A DNA stretch of 64,000 nt from an uncultured Eubacteriales bacterium (GTDB lineage Bacteria; Bacillota; Clostridia; Oscillospirales; Oscillospiraceae): the NCBI GenBank assembly GCA_949296115.1, contig CASFNR010000004.1, forward strand, positions 3,097-67,096, given 5' to 3'. Under the pieces are notes generated by a model. It did not search any database. It was not told where the DNA came from and saw only the letters and a program-made list of their open reading frames with translations. Both the position numbers and the translations under genes were made by a program. Shown here one piece after another: positions 59,614 to 64,000 of this stretch; position 1 is the stretch's first letter; each line of letters opens with the position of its first letter.

Positions 59614-61836
59614 ATGGGTGTTTTTGAACGGTATGCCCCTTTTGTTCAGGATTATATCTACCGCAACCGGTGGGAGAACCTCCGGGCCATTCAGGTAGCG
59701 GCGGCAGATGTCATCTTCAACACCGACGAGAATCTGCTGCTCACCGCCTCCACCGCCTCGGGCAAAACCGAAGCGGCCTTCTTCCCCATCATCACCCTGT
59801 TTTCCGAGGACCCGCCTGCTTCCGTGGGTTGCATCTATGTAGGCCCTCTGAAAGCCCTGATTAACGACCAGTTCCTCCGGCTGAATGATTTGTGCGCAGA
59901 GGCCAATATCCCCGTGTGGCATTGGCATGGGGATGTGGCCCAGAGCCACAAATCCAAGCTGATGAAGCACCCCTCCGGCATTCTGCAGATCACCCCGGAA
60001 TCCCTGGAGGCGCTGCTGCTGCACAAGCACGCCGCCATTCCCAAGCTTTTCGGCGACCTGCGGTTCGTGGTGATCGACGAGGTGCACTCCCTGCTCCGGG
60101 GGGACCGGGGCGGGCAGACCCTGTGTCTCATTGAACGGCTGTCCCGGCTGGCCGGGGTGAATCCCCGGCGCATCGGCCTGTCCGCCACCATCGGCGACCC
60201 GGAGGGTACGGGTGAATTTCTCTCCCTTGGCACGGGGCGAAAGACCCTGATTCCAAAATTCGAAGCCAAGGGCTCCAAATGGCGGCTGAGTATGGAGCAT
60301 TTTTATATCAAGGATGTGCAGGCCGCCGAGGGGAAGGAAGTTGCCCAGGCTCTGCCTGTTCTGGAGGAGAAAACCGACACCGCCCCGGAGAATTCCGACC
60401 CGGGGATCGGCTACATTTTCGAGCACACCCGGGGGAAGAAGTGCCTGGTGTTTGTCAATTCCCGGGAGGAATGTGAGGCGGTAACCACCACCCTGCGGCA
60501 ATACTGCGAGCGGCAGCGGGAACCGGATCGGTTCTTAATTCACCACGGCAATCTCTCCGCCTCCTACCGGGAGACGGCGGAACTGCTGATGAAGGACGAT
60601 TCCCAGACCATGACCACCGTGACCACCGCCACCCTGGAGCTTGGCATTGACATTGGCCGATTGGAGCGGGCATTCCAGATCGATGCGCCCTGGACGGTGT
60701 CCTCCTTCCTCCAGCGGATGGGCCGCACCGGCCGCCGGGAACTGCCCCAGGAAATGTGGTTCGTCATGCGGGAGGATGCTCCGGAGGTCCGGGCCATGCT
60801 GCCCAGCACCATCCCCTGGAAACTGCTGCAGGGCATTGCCCTGGTGCAGCTGTATCTGGAGGAGCGTTGGGTGGAGCCGCCCCGGCTGGACCGGCTGCCC
60901 TTCAGTCTGCTCTACCACCAGACCATGTCCATTTTGGCAAGCTGCGGGGAACTGTCCCCCAAAGCCCTGGCGGACCGGGTTCTGCGGCTGCACTACTTCC
61001 ACCGGATTACCCAGGAGGACTATAAAGTGCTGCTCCGGCATCTGATTCAGACCGACCACATCCAGCAAACGGAACAGGGCGGTCTGATTGTGGGGCTTGC
61101 GGGAGAGCGGGTGGTAAACTCCTTCAAATTCTACGGGGTTTTTCAGGAAAATGAGGAATACACCGTCCGCTGTGAGGCCCAGGAGCTGGGCACCGTTGTG
61201 ATGCCCCCGCCTGTCGGGGAAAAGCTGGCCATTGCCGGGCACGTCTGGACGGTGCTGGACGTTGACCACAAACGGCATCTGGTATACTGCGAGCAGGTCA
61301 AGGGCAGCGTCCCCGCTTACTTCGGGGAATGTCCCGGGGACCTGCACACCCGGATTCTGGCCCGGATGCGGCAGGTGCTCCGGGAAGAGCGAAGCTACCC
61401 ATACCTGATGAAAAACGCCGTGGCCCGGCTGGAACAGGCCCGGTTTACGGCCCAGCACTCCGGCGCCGGGAAGGATTACCTGATCTCCCTGGGCGGAAAA
61501 ATGTGGTGTCTGCTGCCCTGGATGGGCACCTACCCCTTCCTGACCCTGGAACGGGTTCTGAAAATCAAGTGCGCCGACCGGCTGGGGCTGAAAAACTTCG
61601 ACTCCGCCCGGCCCTACTATATGCAGTTCACCATGAAGGCAGACGCCGACACCTTCTTCCGGGTGCTGCGGGAGGAACTGGGAAAGCCCATGGACCCGCT
61701 GGAATTGGTTTACTCCAAGGAACTTCCCCTGTTTGACAAATACGACGAGTATCTGCCGGAATCCCTGGTAAAGAAAGGCTTCGCCCTGGGGGTCCTGGAC
61801 CTGGAAGGGCTGCGGGAGCTGGTACGGAACTGGTGA
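59614..61836 (+). CDS. Lhr-like DEAD/DEAH helicase (Shango SngC-like)
   Basis: TASGKTEAAF, PLKALINDQ, TPESLE, DEVH, SAT, HHG.LS, TLELGIDIG, QRMGRTGRR. Confidence 0.9.
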   Translation: MGVFERYAPFVQDYIYRNRWENLRAIQVAAADVIFNTDENLLLTASTASGKTEAAFFPIITLFSEDPPASVGCIYVGPLKALINDQFLRLNDLCAEANIPVWHWHGDVAQSHKSKLMKHPSGILQITPESLEALLLHKHAAIPKLFGDLRFVVIDEVHSLLRGDRGGQTLCLIERLSRLAGVNPRRIGLSATIGDPEGTGEFLSLGTGRKTLIPKFEAKGSKWRLSMEHFYIKDVQAAEGKEVAQALPVLEEKTDTAPENSDPGIGYIFEHTRGKKCLVFVNSREECEAVTTTLRQYCERQREPDRFLIHHGNLSASYRETAELLMKDDSQTMTTVTTATLELGIDIGRLERAFQIDAPWTVSSFLQRMGRTGRRELPQEMWFVMREDAPEVRAMLPSTIPWKLLQGIALVQLYLEERWVEPPRLDRLPFSLLYHQTMSILASCGELSPKALADRVLRLHYFHRITQEDYKVLLRHLIQTDHIQQTEQGGLIVGLAGERVVNSFKFYGVFQENEEYTVRCEAQELGTVVMPPPVGEKLAIAGHVWTVLDVDHKRHLVYCEQVKGSVPAYFGECPGDLHTRILARMRQVLREERSYPYLMKNAVARLEQARFTAQHSGAGKDYLISLGGKMWCLLPWMGTYPFLTLERVLKIKCADRLGLKNFDSARPYYMQFTMKADADTFFRVLREELGKPMDPLELVYSKELPLFDKYDEYLPESLVKKGFALGVLDLEGLRELVRNW

Positions 61837-61860
61837 TTTCCCCAGAACCAGCGAAACATA

Positions 61861-61892
61861 CCCCCTGAGAAGTTTTAGACTCCTCAGGGGGT
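61861..61892. terminator. hairpin between convergent genes
   Basis: CCCCCTGAG...CTCAGGGGG. Confidence 0.65.
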
Positions 61893-61901
61893 TCACTTTT
61901 G

Positions 61902-63927
61902 TCAATTCTGCGCCGTCTGTTCCAGAGCACGCTGGTATTCCCGGTCAATTTCCGCTGCTATCACAGTCGGGTCCGTGGTTACGATGGTTTCCTCGTAGTT
62001 CTGTTCTGTTTCCATATACAAATCCATAGTGATCTTCACACCGGTGAAAGTTCCAGATTCATCGTAATAGAAATTTACAAAGTAATAATCCCATGTCCCG
62101 GACTGATTCGGGTAGGGTTCGTCCACCCGAATCATATAGCTGCCCTCCGTGTGTCCCATATAGGCAACCGTGTCCGGATTCCAGTGGAAAGATGCCAGCC
62201 AAGGCATTATAAAACTTGCAGAATCTTCTTTTATTTGCCACTGGATTTCTTCCTGGCTCCAGGTGCCAGGAATCGAACGAAATGCCGATCCATCCGCTTG
62301 CAGTACAGCATGTCGTTCAATATGGTCTCCTACGTCGAGCGCCACAATCTGGAGTCGATCCCCTTCATTGTACAAAAATGACCAGGTTTGTTCACGAACA
62401 CCAATCTTTTCCCCTTCCCTTTGGACACAATAGCTGCCTGCCTGGAAGGATTCCAGCATGGCCCGGCAGGCATCCAAAACTGCCTGCTCCGCCTGCGCCT
62501 GGGCATCAACCTCCGGTCCCATCAGAGACGGGAACCGAATGGTTTTCAGGTATTTCTGCTGCGTTGCGTCATCCGTTGCCAGCAAGTCAAACCACACATC
62601 GTAGACACAGTCCGCAGTCACCGCAAAATAATGTCTGCGATGCACCGTAACCGGCGTGCCCTCCGGGGCATCCGTTCCCACTTCCAGTTCCCAGGCGTAT
62701 CCATTCCCGGAACCGCCGCCCATTTTCCACAGGCCAGGGTCCGTGTAGTCAGCGACGCCTAACTGCTCCAACCAGGTTTCGTCGCCCATGTTGATTTCCT
62801 GGGAAATCGGATAAAGAGTAATCCCGCCGATGACGGTTCCGTCGTCCGTAAATACCACTTCCCCGCTCTCCTGCACCTCATAGGCACATCCTTCGGGGAG
62901 CTCCCCGATTTCGTAGGGCACCTCCAACGTATCCCGTTGTCTCTGTGTTTGCCTCTATGTTTGTCTCTGTGGATGCAGTTTCCTCCGGTGCGGGATTCAC
63001 TCCGCAAGCCACCAACACCCCAACACAGACCAGCAGGCAAATCAGGCTGGCCCAGAGTCTGGGCTTTCTCCATTTTGCCATATTTACAATTCTTCCTTTC
63101 GTATCACCCTCGCCAAACGCAAGGGGCGAACCTGCAATGCTTTGCCGATTGGCGGCAAGCCGCAGAAGCGCCGAGGCGTAATCCGCCCGAATTCCGAGGC
63201 CCAGCTGGCGGATCACCGCTTCATCGCAGCTCATCTCCATGTCCTTCCCGGCCTGGACAAAGGCCACCCAGGCCAGGGGATTGAACCAATGGAGACACAG
63301 GGCAAAGTAGGCCTGCAGTTTTACAATATGATCCCCCCGGCGGATGTGGTGCCGCTCATGGGCCAATATAAACCGCCGTTCCTCCCGCAGAACCCGGCAA
63401 GGGAGGTAAATCCTGGGGCGAAATACCCCCAAAACAAAGGGTGTGTCAATCTGGTCGGACAAGTACACATTGTCCTCCACAGCAACGGCTTCCGTCAATC
63501 TGCGGCGGAGGCGAAGATACTGCGCCAAGCCCCGAAGCAGCATTACAGCCACACCAGCGCCCCAGCCGGCAGCTGCCAAGGCTGTCCAGGGGATGGGGTT
63601 CTCCTCCGGGGGAACCGTCTGTTCCCTTTGGGGCGTTTCCGGAAGGGGGCCTTGGGGCTCGGAAACCGCCAATGCGCCAACCGGAACATACTGCAGGGTG
63701 CTGGTGACAGCGGAGGTTTCCTCCACCTGGGGCGTCAGCCAGTTCATGGCTGATACCGGAGCGCTCAGCGACACCGGACAAAGCAGCCGGAACAGCACCA
63801 CCGCCCACAGAGCATAGGAATAGATTTTGGGAAACCGCCTCAGGAACACCCGGGCAATGAGCACCGCCAGAATGACAATGCTGCCCGTCATACTCATGTT
63901 CAGAATTCTGGAAAACAAGGCTTCCAT
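61902..63927 (-). pseudogene. BlaR1-like M56 sensor interrupted by a frameshift near 62932 (ORFs 62878-63927 and 61902-62927)
   Basis: HERHH, WFNPL, EMSCDE in the upstream ORF; removing one G from ACGGGAT joins ...TETTDTLEVPYEI... in frame. Confidence 0.7.
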
Positions 63928-63931
63928 CGTC

Positions 63932-64000
63932 TCACCCCCGCATGGAATCGATGATGGCCTGGACCTCCTGAAGCTCCGCCTCCGTCAGCTTTTTCCGGCT
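63932..64000 (-). CDS. BlaI/MecI family repressor, C-terminal part (partial)
   Basis: SRKKLTEAELQEVQAIIDSMRG* directly upstream of the M56 gene. Confidence 0.75.
   Translation of the reverse strand, partial: SRKKLTEAELQEVQAIIDSMRG

Noticed and set aside
1-64000. CRISPR array, rRNA, tRNA, prophage or transposase genes
   Set aside because: No regularly spaced repeats or recognisable signatures seen by eye

Overview
A mostly chromosomal, GC-rich window from a spore-forming clostridial bacterium. Gene content and order suggest Oscillospiraceae-like Bacillota (inference only). Left part, housekeeping: ftsK/spoIIIE (partial), uppP-like, tepA, ybaK, MATE, tig-clpP-clpX-lon-engB, rplS-lepB-rbgA-rnhB-yraN, pyk. 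Middle, sporulation/germination block: asnO-like, a ferritin-like gene, a MITE, a SleC cortex hydrolase split into separate genes, and small coat-like genes; then an ECF/anti-sigma pair, trpS, gltX, asnA and metY-metA. A polyamine operon (speA-speE-speB-CASDH-CASDC) follows a large structured leader (ldcC-motif-like) and a terminator. Right part, accessory: GGDEF gene, two BlaI/BlaR1(M56) modules, and a Shango-type defence triad (TerB_N/C, DUF2791 ATPase, Lhr-like helicase). Best leads: the split, propeptide-less SleC; the polyamine leader RNA; apparently catalytically dead UppP and ThrC homologues; two stand-alone sRNA candidates; and a terminator-targeting MITE. All calls come from reading motifs by eye, and no searches were run. 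No rRNA, tRNA or CRISPR array was seen.
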